Notes under the pieces: model-generated | Seen by the model: only the letters and a program-made list of their open reading frames with translations | What the model was told of the DNA's origin: nothing | The model's database searches: none | NCBI GenBank assembly: GCA_964016885.1 | Contig: OZ024750.1 | Span: forward strand, 30,814,001 to 30,878,000 | Direction of reading: 5' to 3' | DNA length: 64,000 nucleotides | Source of the DNA: Eledone cirrhosa | Taxonomy: Eukaryota | Part shown: one piece after another, positions 30,001 through 45,000 of the stretch | How positions within the stretch are numbered: position 1 is the first letter of the stretch | Layout of the letters: the number at the start of each line of letters is the position of its first letter | Program-made: the position numbers and the translations under genes

Positions 30001-33000
30001 CAGATTTTGGCAGACACAGATACGACCATATCTTCTGTGATATCATCAGCTTCAATTACAATCGTCACAGTTTCTTGACCATTACCACTTGGAATACCAA
30101 CTGGTCTATCTGGGGTTGATGTCTGTAGAATGGATTTATATTTTTTATTAATGATAAGATTAAAATAAACAGTGATCGTCAAAAATATAGACAATGTCGA
30201 AATTCCATTAATGAATGAAATAGAACACTGTCTGAATTATATGTCCTTATATTCTGTAAATTCTAGAATATCATTATATGAATTGAAATATTAATATAAA
30301 GGAAGATACATATGAAATAAGTAGAAAGAAATATGAAACTTGAATGAAAAAATCACCATCAGATTACCTTGATTGTGTATTCTGTTGAAGGATTTGATAA
30401 CAAAACAGTATATGATTTCACATTTTCATGGTCAACAAGGCTTATTGTTCCACCGGCATTAAGCGTGGGACCAATTTGTAATGTGACAGTTCTTTTAGAT
30501 TTAGCATTAGTTTTCCAGCCAACATTTGGTCTCACATCACTAGGTGATCCGACATTAGGACTTAAGGTGATTGCTGTATCAGGGATGAAAGTTTCATCAT
30601 CCATTGCTTCTGTTATCTCACAGAACACTGTTAAATAAAACAATTACATATTATAAAGTGTCAAAATAAAATGATAATAGTACAAATGTTCTATATATGA
30701 AGGATAACATATGTAATAATTATTGCATTAATACTCACACTCAGTAGTTCTTTGGACAGTTGGAACAGCTGTCGAAGTTACAGGTGCTATTGTTGATGAC
30801 ACAGGTGCTATTGTTGATGACACAGGTTCTAGAATTTAGAAAGAATATCTACTTAGTGAATTGTTTTAGACAATTAAAGCAGATCTTTGCACCACAATAA
30901 TTGTAAAGAAAATAAAATGAAATATCCTAGATTTCATAGTGAATCTAATCTTTTAAATATTTGAAAATTAGAGCGTTCCACATATCCATAAGTATGTATT
31001 TGTAAATTAGAGCGTTCCACATATCCATGAATAAATCTATGTATTTATATGTTGATTTGTCTAGATGTATAAAAGGTACACAGCTCAATGTCAGTATTAT
31101 GTTTTTCTTTACATAAACATTATTGCTACTAAGAAATGTTTTAAGGGAGATAAGAATAAATGAAGTAAACTAATTGTTTGATTCAATGTGATATTTATTT
31201 TGACTGATGGCTGATAAAAGTTCCAGAAAATTTGGAAGGAAATGTAATAAAGTAAAATAAAATCAATATGAATTAGATTTTTTATGAAGAATAAGCTGCT
31301 GGTAGAAAGCGATATCATGTAGAAACCACAGAAAATAGTGGAGATTCAAATATTTGTATTAATAGTTGAACATGACATTAAGTTTGAAGAATTATTATTG
31401 ATACAATATTTATAAACCACATTAATATAATGCCAGTAATAAACGAATGAATTACAGTAGGAAAATTATATATGAATGAGACAAATTTACAAATTTTTAA
31501 AGAGCTCCCTTTAGATAGATATGTCTTTCAATTAAATATATAGTTTCCATTTATGTGTGATGTAGGAATGAAGCACTTGCCTGATTAATTATACATATGA
31601 AATATACCAGCTTTTATGTAATTGTTAGATGTTAACTGGGATTGTTTCAAAATGAGTCCTTATAAAAGAAGTGTAAATTTTAAAAACAAAACTAGAGATC
31701 CAAGTTGCAAATTAATGAAGGTTTATTGGAATTACCAAATATACAGCCATACATATATATTGAAAGATTTATCTACATTGATTCATGAGGAAAGTCATTT
31801 AACATAAAACTCACGTTGACTAGTTGTTGGTACACTTGATACAACTGCTGAAGTGGCTGGTGCCAGTGTTGTTGTAAGAGGATCTGAAGTTTAGGAAAGA
31901 AATCACAATAATCAAAATCTATGTGACTTTACAAATCAGTTGTAAATAAAGATGAGTTGCATCAGGATTAATAGAAATAAATAAATAGATTGGAATTATC
32001 ACTTACGTTTACAGATTTTGGCAGACACAGATACGACCATATCTTCTGTGATATCATCAGCTTCAATTACAATCGTCACAGTTTCTTGACCATTACCACT
32101 TGGAATACCAACTGGTCTATCTGGGGTTGATGTCTGTAGAATGGATTTATATTTTTTATTAATGATAAGATTAAATTAAACAGTGATCGTCAAAAAATAT
32201 AGACAATGTCGAAATTCCATTCATCATCATCATCATCATCATCACCGTTTTACGTCCGTTCTTCCACGCTAGCATGGGTTAGACGGGTTGTCCTGTTGTG
32301 GGCAGTGTCTGGTCGGCTGACCATGCCTTGCTCATACAGGAACTGATCTGGCTTGATTTCTACAGCTGGATGCCCTTCCTAACACCAACCTCATTTACAG
32401 TGAGTGCTGGGTGCTTTTTCGTGGCGCCTACACGTCCACTTTACAGTGTGGGCTGGGTGCTTTTTTGCCGTGGCACCTCCACGACCACCTTGCGGTGGGG
32501 GGGGGGGGGCATATTGTTTATATGCTTCAGCATGTACCCATGGGAGGTCGGGTACCCTGTATTACTGCGTGACGCCAGAAGTCACGGTCGTGTGTCATTG
32601 ACTTTGAGAGGTGTAGTTGGGTAAGGTCGGCTTTTATCACCTCATCCCAAGTCATCTTGGGTCTCCCCACTCCGCGGTTTCCATCAACTTCTAGTGCTCT
32701 GCACCTTTTTATGCAGCTGTCATCCTTCATACGCATCACATGTCCATACCAGCGTAACCGCCTCTCCTGCACGCAGCATTTGATTCCTCTTATGCTCAGT
32801 CTCTCTCTCAATTCATTTATGCTTTGTCGTTCACGTATATTACTGTTACACATCCATCGGAGCATGCAGGCTTCGTTTCTCTCTAATCTACGTAAGTCTT
32901 CCACCTTCAGCGCCCAGGTCTCACTACCATGCAACATCGCTGTTCGGATACACGCATCATACAGTCTGCCTTTCATTCTGAGGGAGAAGCCTTTTGCAGC

Positions 33001-36000
33001 TAGCAGTGGTAGTAGTTCCCTAAACTTCTTCCATCCCGTTCTTACCCTAGTTATTGTACTTTCTGAGCACCCACCTCCGTTGCTAATTCGGTCACCTAGG
33101 TAGCAGAAGCTGTCTACTGTTTCTACAGGGCCCTCCCAGAGATTGGTGGTACTTGTTTCCTGTGGCTGTTTGCTTGCTGTTTCAGCACAGCTGCTGCATG
33201 TGAATCCTACATTCTTAATTAAGCTTCCTGAGATCCCGCTACATCTCTTGTGTACCCATTGTTTGCATTTGGGGCAAAGAATGGAGTTCCTACCTACACC
33301 TTTCCTACATACTGAGCAAGGCCATTTCCCTGAGGGGATCTGGGTTCCGTTTTCTCGTCTACTTATAAGGACCTTAGTCTTTGTCATGTTGACTTTGAGG
33401 CCCTTTCTCTCTAGTCCCTGCTTCCAGGTTTGGAATTTATTCTCTAGTTCTACCATAGATTCAGCTATGAGTGCGAGGTCATCAGCATACAGGAGTTCCC
33501 ATGGGCATCCGGTCTTAAACTCCTCCGTTATTGCCTGCAGGACTATGATGAACAGGAGAGGGCTAAGAACAGAGCCCTGGTGGACCCCAACCTGTACGCT
33601 AAATTCCTCGCTATACTCATTGCCAATCCTAACTTTGCTGACTGCTCCCCTATACATGGCTTGTACCGCTTTCACAAGCCATTCATCTACTCCTAGTTTT
33701 CTAAGAGCCCACCAGATTACTGCACGTGGAACTCTGTCAAAGGCTTTCTCAAGGTCGACAAATGCCAAGTAGAGTGGCTTACTTTTAGCTAGGTACTTTT
33801 CCTGTAATTGCCTCACAAGGAAGAGCGCATCAGTGGTGCCTTTCCCTGGAACAAACCCAAATTGCATCTCGTCTATATTCACCCGGTCCCTAATCAGCTG
33901 TGCTATAACTCTTTCTGTTACTTTCATGACCTGGTCCATCAACTTTATACCTCTATAGTTTCCTCTATCTAGTGCATCGCCTTTACCTTTGTAGCAGTTG
34001 ACAATGATGCTACTGCACCAATCTTTTGGTATGGCCCCCTCTAGTATTACCTGGTTAACGATACGTGTGGTTATAGTGTGACCTACAGACCCAGATGCCT
34101 TCAGCATCTCGGCAGCTATACCCGATGGACCGGTTGCCTTCCCTATCTTCATATCTCTGATTGCCTTACTTACTACGCTGCCGCTGACTTGTACTGCTGG
34201 TCCCTCTATAGGGTCTACGTGGGGTAGGGTCTCTTCTTCCCATGCATTCTCCTCATTTAGTAATCTATCATAATGACTCTTCCATGCATCTTTCTTCTCA
34301 GCACTTGTGAGGGCAAGCTCACCTTTATCATTCCGGATACACTTCTCTCCAATGACATCACAACTATCTCTGACACACTGCCTCGCAATCTTGAATACCT
34401 CCTGTTTCTGGTCCTCACGTTGTAAAACATGCTTGAATTTTCTATCCTCTGCTTCCCTCCTAGCTAAGTATACTTGTCGCCTAGCTTCCCTCTTGGTCTC
34501 TATGTAATGAATGAATGAAATAGAACACTAATGAATGAAATAGAACACTGTCTGAATTATATGTCCTTATATTCTGTAAATTCTAGAATATCATTATATG
34601 AATTGAAATATTAATATAAAGGAAGATACATATGAAATAAGTAGAAAGAAATATGAAACTTGAATGAAAAAATCACCATCAGATTACCTTGATTGTGTAT
34701 TCTGTTGAAGGATTTGATAACAAAACAGTATATGATTTCACATTTTCATGGTCAACAAGGCTTATTGTTCCACCGGCATTAAGCGTGGGACCAATTTGTA
34801 ATGTGACAGTTCTTTTAGATTTAGCATTAGTTTTCCAGCCAACATTTGGTCTCACATCACTAGGTGATCCGACATTAGGACTTAAGGTGATTGCTGTATC
34901 AGGGATGAAAGTTTCATCATCCATTGCTTCTGTTATCTCACAGAACACTGTTAAATAAAACAATTACATATTATAAAGTGTCAAAATAAAATGATAATAG
35001 TACAAATGTTCTATATATGAAGGATAACATATGTAATAATTATTGCATTAATACTCACACTCAGTAGTTCTTTGGACAGTTGGAACAGCTGTCGAAGTTA
35101 CAGGTGCTATTGTTGATGACACAGGTGGTATTGTTGATGACACAGGTTCTAGAATTTAGAAAGAATATCTACTTAGTGAATTGTTTTAGACAATTAAAGC
35201 AGATCTTTGCACCAGAATAATTGTAAAGAAAATAAAATGAAATATCCTAGATTTCATAGTGAATCTAATCTTTTAAATATTTGAAAATTAGAGCGTTCCA
35301 CATATCCATAAGTATGTATTTGTAAATTAGAGCGTTCCACATATCCATGAATAAATCTATGTATTTATATGCTGATTTGTCTAGATGTATAAAAGGTACA
35401 CAGCTCAATGTCAGTATTATGTTTTTCTTTACATAAACATTATTGCTACTAAGAAATGTTTTAAGGGAGATAAGAATAAATGAAGTAAACTAATTGTTTG
35501 ATTCAATGTGATATTTATTTTGACTGATGGCTGATAAAAGTTCCAGAAAATTTGGAAGGAAATGTAATAAAGTAAAATAAAATCAATATGAATTAGATTT
35601 TTTATGAAGAATAAGCTGCTGGTAGAAAGCGATATCATGTAGAAACCACAGAAAATAGTGGAGATTCAAATATTTGTATTAATAGTTGAACATGACATTA
35701 AGTTTGAAGAATTATTATTGATACAATATTTATAAACCACATTAATATAATGCCAGTAATAAACGAATGAATTACAATAGGAAAATTATATATGAATGAG
35801 ACAAATTTACAAATTTTTAAAGAACTCCCTTTAGATAGATATGTCTTTCAATTAAATATATAGTTTCCATTTATGTGTGATGTAGGAATGAAGCACTTGC
35901 CTGATTAATTATACATATGAAATATACCAGCTTTTATGTAATTGTTAGATGTTAACTGGGATTGTTTCAAAATGAGTCCTTATAAAAGAACTGTAAATTT

Positions 36001-39000
36001 TAAAAACAAAACTAGAGATCCAAGTTGCAAATTAATGAAGGTTTATTGGAATTACCAAATATACAGCCATACATATATATTGAAAGATTTATCTACATTG
36101 ATTCATGAGGAAAGTCATTTAACATAAAACTCACGTTGACTAGTTGTTGGTACACTTGATACAACTGCTGAAGTGGCTGGTGCCAGTGTTGTTGTAAGAG
36201 GATCTGAAGTTTAGGAAAGAAATCACAATAATCAAAATCTATGTGACTTTACAAATCAGTTGTAAATAAAGATGAGTTGCATCAGGATTAATAGAAATAA
36301 ATAAATAGATTGGAATTATCACTTACGTTTACAGATTTTGGCAGACACAGATACGACCATATCTTCTGTGATATCATCAGCTTCAATTACAACCGTCACA
36401 GTTTCTTGACCATTACCACTTGGAATACCAACTGGTCTATCTGGGGTTGATGTCTGTAGAATGGATTTATATTTTTTATTAATGATAAGATTAAAATAAA
36501 CAGTGATCGTCAAAAAATATAGACAATGTCGAAATTCCATTAATGAATGAAATAGAACACTGTCTGAATTATATGTCCTTACATTCTGTAAATTCTAGAA
36601 TATCATTATATGAATTGAAATATTAATATAAAGGAAGATACATATGAAATAAGTAGAAAGAAATATGAAACTTGAATGAAAAAAATCACCATCAGATTAC
36701 CTTGATTGTGTATTCTGTTGAAGGATTTGATAACAAAACAGTATATGATTTCACATTTTCATGGTCAACAAGGCTTATTGTTCCACCGGCATTAAGCGTG
36801 GGACCAATTTGTAATGTGACAGTTCTTTTAGATTTAGTATTAGTTTTCCAGCCAACATTTGGTCTCACATCACTAGGTGATCCGACATTAGGACTTAAGG
36901 TGATTGCTGTATCAGGGATGAAAGTTTCATCATCCATTGCTTCTGTTATCTCACAGAACACTGTTAAATAAAACAATTACATATTATAAAGTGTCAAAAT
37001 AAAATGATAATAGTACAAATGTTCTATATATGAAGGATAACATATGTAATAATTATTGCATTAATACTCACACTCAGTAGTTCTTTGGACAGTTGGAACA
37101 GCTGTCGAAGTTACAGGTGCTATTGTTGATGACACAGGTGCTATTGTTGATGACACAGGTTCTAGAATTTAGAAAGAATATCTACTTAGTGAATTGTTTT
37201 AGACAATTAAAGCAGATCTTTGCACCAGAATAATTGTAAAGAAAATAAAATGAAATATCCTAGATTTCATAGTGAATCTAATCTTTTAAATATTTGAAAA
37301 TTAGAGCGTTCCACATATCCATAAGTATGTATTTGTAAATTAGAGCGTTCCACATATCCATGAATAAATCTATGTATTTATATGTTGATTTGTCTAGATG
37401 TATAAAAGGTACACAGCTCAATGTCAGTATTATGTTTTTCTTTACATAAACATTATTGCTACTAAGAAATGTTTTAAGGGAGATAAGAATAAATGAAGTA
37501 AACTAATTGTTTGATTCAATGTGATATTTATTTTGACTGATGGCTGATAAAAGTTCCAGAAAATTTGGAAGGAAATGTAATAAAGTAAAATCAAATCAAT
37601 ATGAATTAGATTTTTTACGAATAATAAGCTGCTGGTAGAAAGCGATATCATGTAGAAACCACAGAAAATAGTGGAGATTCAAATATTTGTATTAATAGTT
37701 GAACATGACATTAAGTTTGAAGAATTATTATTGATACAATATTTATTAACCACATTAATATAATGCCAGTAATAAACGAATGAATTACAATAGGAAAATT
37801 ATATATGAATGAGACAAATTTACAAATTTTTAAAGAACTCCCTTCAGATAGATATGTCTTTCAATTAAATATATAGTTTCCATTTATGTGTGATGTAGGA
37901 ATGAAGCACTTGCCTGATTAATTATACATATGAAATATACCAGCTTTTATGTAATTGTTAGATGTTAACTGGGATTGTTTCAAAATGAGTCCTTATAAAA
38001 GAACTGTAAATTTTAAAAACAAAACTAGAGATCCAAGTTGCAAATTAATGAAGGTTTATTGGAATTACCAAATATACAGCCATACATATATATTGAAAGA
38101 TTTATCTACATTGATTCATGAGGAAAGTCATTTAACATAAAACTCACGTTGACTAGTTGTTGGTACACTTGATACAACTGCTGAAGTGGCTGGTGCCAGT
38201 GTTGTTGTAAGAGGATCTGAAGTTTAGGAAAGAAATCACAATAATCAAAATCTATGTGACTTTACAAATCAGTTGTAAATAAAGATGAGTTGCATCAGGA
38301 TTAATAGAAATAAATAAATAGATTGGAATTATCACTTACGTTTACAGATTTTGGCAGACACAGATACGACCATATCTTCTGTGATATCATCAGCTTCAAT
38401 TACAATCGTCACAGTTTCTTGACCATTACCACTTGGAATACCAACTGGTCTATCTGGGGTTGATGTCTGTAGAATGGATTTATATTTTTTATTAATGATA
38501 AGATTAAAATAAACAGTGATCGTCAAAAATATAGACAATGTCGAAATTCCATTAATGAATGAAATAGAACACTGTCTGAATTATATGTCCTTATATTCTG
38601 TAAATTCTAGAATATCATTATATGAATTGAAATATTAATATAAAGGAAGATACATATGAAATAAGTAGAAAGAAATATGAAACTTGAATGAAAAAATCAC
38701 CATCAGATTACCTTGATTGTGTATTCTGTTGAAGGATTTGATAACAAAACAGTATATGATTTCACATTTTCATGGTCAACAAGGCTTATTGTTCCACCGG
38801 CATTAAGCGTGGGACCAATTTGTAATGTGACAGTTCTTTTAGATTTAGCATTAGTTTTCCAGCCAACATTTGGTCTCACATCACTAGGTGATCCGACATT
38901 AGGACTTAAGGTGATTGCTGTATCAGGGATGAAAGTTTCATCATCCATTGCTTCTGTTATCTCACAGAACACTGTTAAATAAAACAATTACATATTATAA

Positions 39001-42000
39001 AGTGTCAAAATAAAATGATAATAGTACAAATGTTCTATATATGAAGGATAACATATGTAATAATTATTGCATTAATACTCACACTCAGTAGTTCTTTGGA
39101 CAGTTGGAACAGCTGTCGAAGTTACAGGTGCTATTGTTGATGACACAGGTGCTATTGTTGATGACACAGGTTCTAGAATTTAGAAAGAATATCTACTTAG
39201 TGAATTGTTTTAGACAATTAAAGCAGATCTTTGCACCACAATAATTGTAAAGAAAATAAAATGAAATATCCTAGATTTCATAGTGAATCTAATCTTTTAA
39301 ATATTTGAAAATTAGAGCGTTCCACATATCCATAAGTATGTATTTGTAAATTAGAGCGTTCCACATATCCATGAATAAATCTATGTATTTATATGTTGAT
39401 TTGTCTAGATGTATAAAAGGTACACAGCTCAATGTCAGTATTATGTTTTTCTTTACATAAACATTATTGCTACTAAGAAATGTTTTAAGGGAGATAAGAA
39501 TAAATGAAGTAAACTAATTGTTTGATTCAATGTGATATTTATTTTGACTGATGGCTGATAAAAGTTCCAGAAAATTTGGAAGGAAATGTAATAAAGTAAA
39601 ATAAAATCAATATGAATTAGATTTTTTATGAAGAATAAGCTGCTGGTAGAAAGCGATATCATGTAGAAACCACAGAAAATAGTGGAGATTCAAATATTTG
39701 TATTAATAGTTGAACATGACATTAAGTTTGAAGAATTATTATTGATACAATATTTATAAACCACATTAATATAATGCCAGTAATAAACGAATGAATTACA
39801 GTAGGAAAATTATATATGAATGAGACAAATTTACAAATTTTTAAAGAGCTCCCTTTAGATAGATATGTCTTTCAATTAAATATATAGTTTCCATTTATGT
39901 GTGATGTAGGAATGAAGCACTTGCCTGATTAATTATACATATGAAATATACCAGCTTTTATGTAATTGTTAGATGTTAACTGGGATTGTTTCAAAATGAG
40001 TCCTTATAAAAGAAGTGTAAATTTTAAAAACAAAACTAGAGATCCAAGTTGCAAATTAATGAAGGTTTATTGGAATTACCAAATATACAGCCATACATAT
40101 ATATTGAAAGATTTATCTACATTGATTCATGAGGAAAGTCATTTAACATAAAACTCACGTTGACTAGTTGTTGGTACACTTGATACAACTGCTGAAGTGG
40201 CTGGTGCCAGTGTTGTTGTAAGAGGATCTGAAGTTTAGGAAAGAAATCACAATAATCAAAATCTATGTGACTTTACAAATCAGTTGTAAATAAAGATGAG
40301 TTGCATCAGGATTAATAGAAATAAATAAATAGATTGGAATTATCACTTACGTTTACAGATTTTGGCAGACACAGATACGACCATATCTTCTGTGATATCA
40401 TCAGCTTCAATTACAATCGTCACAGTTTCTTGACCATTACCACTTGGAATACCAACTGGTCTATCTGGGGTTGATGTCTGTAGAATGGATTTATATTTTT
40501 TATTAATGATAAGATTAAATTAAACAGTGATCGTCAAAAAATATAGACAATGTCGAAATTCCATTAATGAATGAAATAGAACACTGTCTGAATTATATGT
40601 CCTTATATTCTGTAAATTCTAGAATATCATTATATGAATTGAAATATTAATATAAAGGAAGATACATATGAAATAAGTAGAAAGAAATATGAAACTTGAA
40701 TGAAAAAATCACCATCAGATTACCTTGATTGTGTATTCTGTTGAAGGATTTGATAACAAAACAGTATATGATTTCACATTTTCATGGTCAACAAGGCTTA
40801 TTGTTCCACCGGCATTAAGCGTGGGACCAATTTGTAATGTGACAGTTCTTTTAGATTTAGCATTAGTTTTCCAGCCAACATTTGGTCTCACATCACTAGG
40901 TGATCCGACATTAGGACTTAAGGTGATTGCTGTATCAGGGATGAAAGTTTCATCATCCATTGCTTCTGTTATCTCACAGAACACTGTTAAATAAAACAAT
41001 TACATATTATAAAGTGTCAAAATAAAATGATAATAGTACAAATGTTCTATATATGAAGGATAACATATGTAATAATTATTGCATTAATACTCACACTCAG
41101 TAGTTCTTTGGACAGTTGGAACAGCTGTCGAAGTTACAGGTGCTATTGTTGATGACACAGGTGGTATTGTTGATGACACAGGTTCTAGAATTTAGAAAGA
41201 ATATCTACTTAGTGAATTGTTTTAGACAATTAAAGCAGATCTTTGCACCAGAATAATTGTAAAGAAAATAAAATGAAATATCCTAGATTTCATAGTGAAT
41301 CTAATCTTTTAAATATTTGAAAATTAGAGCGTTCCACATATCCATAAGTATGTATTTGTAAATTAGAGCGTTCCACATATCCATGAATAAATCTATGTAT
41401 TTATATGCTGATTTGTCTAGATGTATAAAAGGTACACAGCTCAATGTCAGTATTATGTTTTTCTTTACATAAACATTATTGCTACTAAGAAATGTTTTAA
41501 GGGAGATAAGAATAAATGAAGTAAACTAATTGTTTGATTCAATGTGATATTTATTTTGACTGATGGCTGATAAAAGTTCCAGAAAATTTGGAAGGAAATG
41601 TAATAAAGTAAAATAAAATCAATATGAATTAGATTTTTTATGAAGAATAAGCTGCTGGTAGAAAGCGATATCATGTAGAAACCACAGAAAATAGTGGAGA
41701 TTCAAATATTTGTATTAATAGTTGAACATGACATTAAGTTTGAAGAATTATTATTGATACAATATTTATAAACCACATTAATATAATGCCAGTAATAAAC
41801 GAATGAATTACAATAGGAAAATTATATATGAATGAGACAAATTTACAAATTTTTAAAGAACTCCCTTTAGATAGATATGTCTTTCAATTAAATATATAGT
41901 TTCCATTTATGTGTGATGTAGGAATGAAGCACTTGCCTGATTAATTATACATATGAAATATACCAGCTTTTATGTAATTGTTAGATGTTAACTGGGATTG

Positions 42001-45000
42001 TTTCAAAATGAGTCCTTATAAAAGAACTGTAAATTTTAAAAACAAAACTAGAGATCCAAGTTGCAAATTAATGAAGGTTTATTGGAATTACCAAATATAC
42101 AGCCATACATATATATTGAAAGATTTATCTACATTGATTCATGAGGAAAGTCATTTAACATAAAACTCACGTTGACTAGTTGTTGGTACACTTGATACAA
42201 CTGCTGAAGTGGCTGGTGCCAGTGTTGTTGTAAGAGGATCTGAAGTTTAGGAAAGAAATCACAATAATCAAAATCTACGTGACTTTACAAATCAGTTGTA
42301 AATAAAGATGAGTTGCATCAGGATTAATAGAAATAAATAAATAGATTGGAATTATCACTTACGTTTACAGATTTTGGCAGACACAGATACGACCATATCT
42401 TCTGTGATATCATCAGCTTCAATTACAATCGTCACAGTTTCTTGACCATTACCACTTGGAATACCAACTGGTCTATCTGGGGTTGATGTCTGTAGAATGG
42501 ATTTACATTTTTTATTAATGATAAGATTAAAATAAACAGTGATCGTCAAAAAATATAGACAATGTCGAAATTCCATTAATGAATGAAATAGAACACTGTC
42601 TGAATTATATGTCCTTATATTCTGTAAATTCTAGAATATCATTATATGAATTGAAATATTAATATAAAGGAAGATACATATGAAATAAGTAGAAAGAAAT
42701 ATGAAACTTGAATGAAAAAATCACCATCAGATTACCTTGATTGTGTATTCTGTTGAAGGATTTGATAACAAAACTGTATATGATTTCACATTTTCATGGT
42801 CAACAAGGCTTATTGTTCCACCGGCATTCAGCGTGGGACCAATTTGTAATGTGACAGTTCTTTTAGATTTAGCATTAGTTTTCCAGCCAACATTTGGTCT
42901 CACATCACTAGGTGATCCGACATTAGGACTTAAGGTGATTGCTGTATCAGGGATGAAAGTTTCATCATCCATTGCTTCTGTTATCTCACAGAACACTGTT
43001 AAATAAAACAATTACATATTATAAAGTGTCAAAATAAAATGATAATAGTACAAATGTTCTATATATGAAGGATAACATATGTAATAATTATTGCATTAAT
43101 ACTCACACTCAGTAGTTCTTTGGACAGTTGGAACAGCTGTCGAAGTTACAGGTGCTATTGTTGATGACACAGGTGCTATTGTTGATGACACAGGTTCTAG
43201 AATTTAGAAAGAATATCTACTTAGTGAATTGTTTTAGACAATTAAAGCAGATCTTTGCACCAGAATAATTGTAAAGAAAATAAAATGAAATATCCTAGAT
43301 TTCATAGTGAATCTAATCTTTTAAATATTTGAAAATTAGAGCGTTCCACATATCCATGAATAAATCTATGTATTTATATGTTGATTTGTCTAGATGTATA
43401 AAAGGTACACAGCTCAATGTCAGTATTATGTTTTTCTTTACATAAACATTATTGCTACTAAGAAATGTTTTAAGGGAGATAAGAATAAATGAAGTAAACT
43501 AATTGTTTGATTCAATGTGATATTTATTTTGACTGATGGCTGATAAAAGTTCCAGAAAATTTGGAAGGAAATGTAATAAAGTAAAATAAAATCAATATGA
43601 ATTAGATTTTTTACGAATAATAAGCTGCTGGTAGAAAGCGATATCATGTAGAAACCACAGAAAATAGTGGAGATTCAAATATTTGTATTAATAGTTGAAC
43701 ATGACATTAAGTTTGAAGAATTATTATTGATACAACATTTATAAACCACATTAATATAATGCCAGTAATAAACGAATGAATTACAATAGGAAAATTATAT
43801 ATGAATGAGACAAATTTACAAATTTTGAAAGAACTCCCTTCAGATAGATATGTCTTTCAATTAAATATATAGTTTCCATTTATGTGTGATGTAGGAATGA
43901 AGCACTTGCCTGATTAATTATACATATGAAATATACCAGCTTTTATGTAATTGTTAGATGTTAACTGGGATTGTTTCAAAATGAGTCCTTATAAAAGAAG
44001 TGTAAATTTTAAAAACAAAACTAGAGATCCAAGTTGCAAATTAATGAAGGTTTATTGGAATTACCAAATATACAGCCATACATATATATTGAAAGATTTA
44101 TCTACATTGATTCATGAGGAAAGTCATTTAACATAAAACTCACGTTGACTAGTTGTTGGTACACTTGATACAACTGCTGAAGTGGCTGGTGCCAGTGTTG
44201 TTGTAAGAGGATCTGAAGTTTAGGAAAGAAATCACAATAATCAAAATCTATGTGACTTTACAAATCAGTTGTAAATAAAGATGAGTTGCATCAGGATTAA
44301 TAGAAATAAATAAATAGTTTGGAATTATCACTTACGTTTACAGATTTTGGCAGACACAGATACGACCATATCTTCTGTGATATCATCAGCTTCAATTACA
44401 ATCGTCACAGTTTCTTGACCATTACCACTTGGAATACCAACTGGTCTATCTGGGGTTGATGTCTGTAGAATGGATTTATATTTTTTATTAATGATAAGAT
44501 TAAAATAAACAGTGATCGTCAAAAATATAGACAATGTCGAAATTCCATTAATGAATGAAATAGAACACTGTCTGAATTATATGTCCTTATATTCTGTAAA
44601 TTCTAGAATATCATTATATGAATTGAAATATTAATATAAAGGAAGATACATATGAAATAAGTAGAAAGAAATATGAAACTTGAATGAAAAAATCACCATC
44701 AGATTACCTTGATTGTGTATTCTGTTGAAGGATTTGATAACAAAACAGTATATGATTTCACATTTTCATGGTCAACAAGGCTTATTGTTCCACCGGCATT
44801 AAGCGTGGGACCAATTTGTAATGTGACAGTTCTTTTAGATTTAGCATTAGTTTTCCAGCCAACATTTGGTCTCACATCACTAGGTGATCCGACATTAGGA
44901 CTTAAGGTGATTGCTGTATCAGGGATGAAAGTTTCATCATCCATTGCTTCTGTTATCTCACAGAACACTGTTAAATAAAACAATTACATATTATAAAGTG

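Noticed and set aside
32298-34507. Plus-strand ORFs of 65-209 aa within the insertion
   Set aside because: Antisense to the LINE RT ORF and 3'UTR, with no recognisable motifs.
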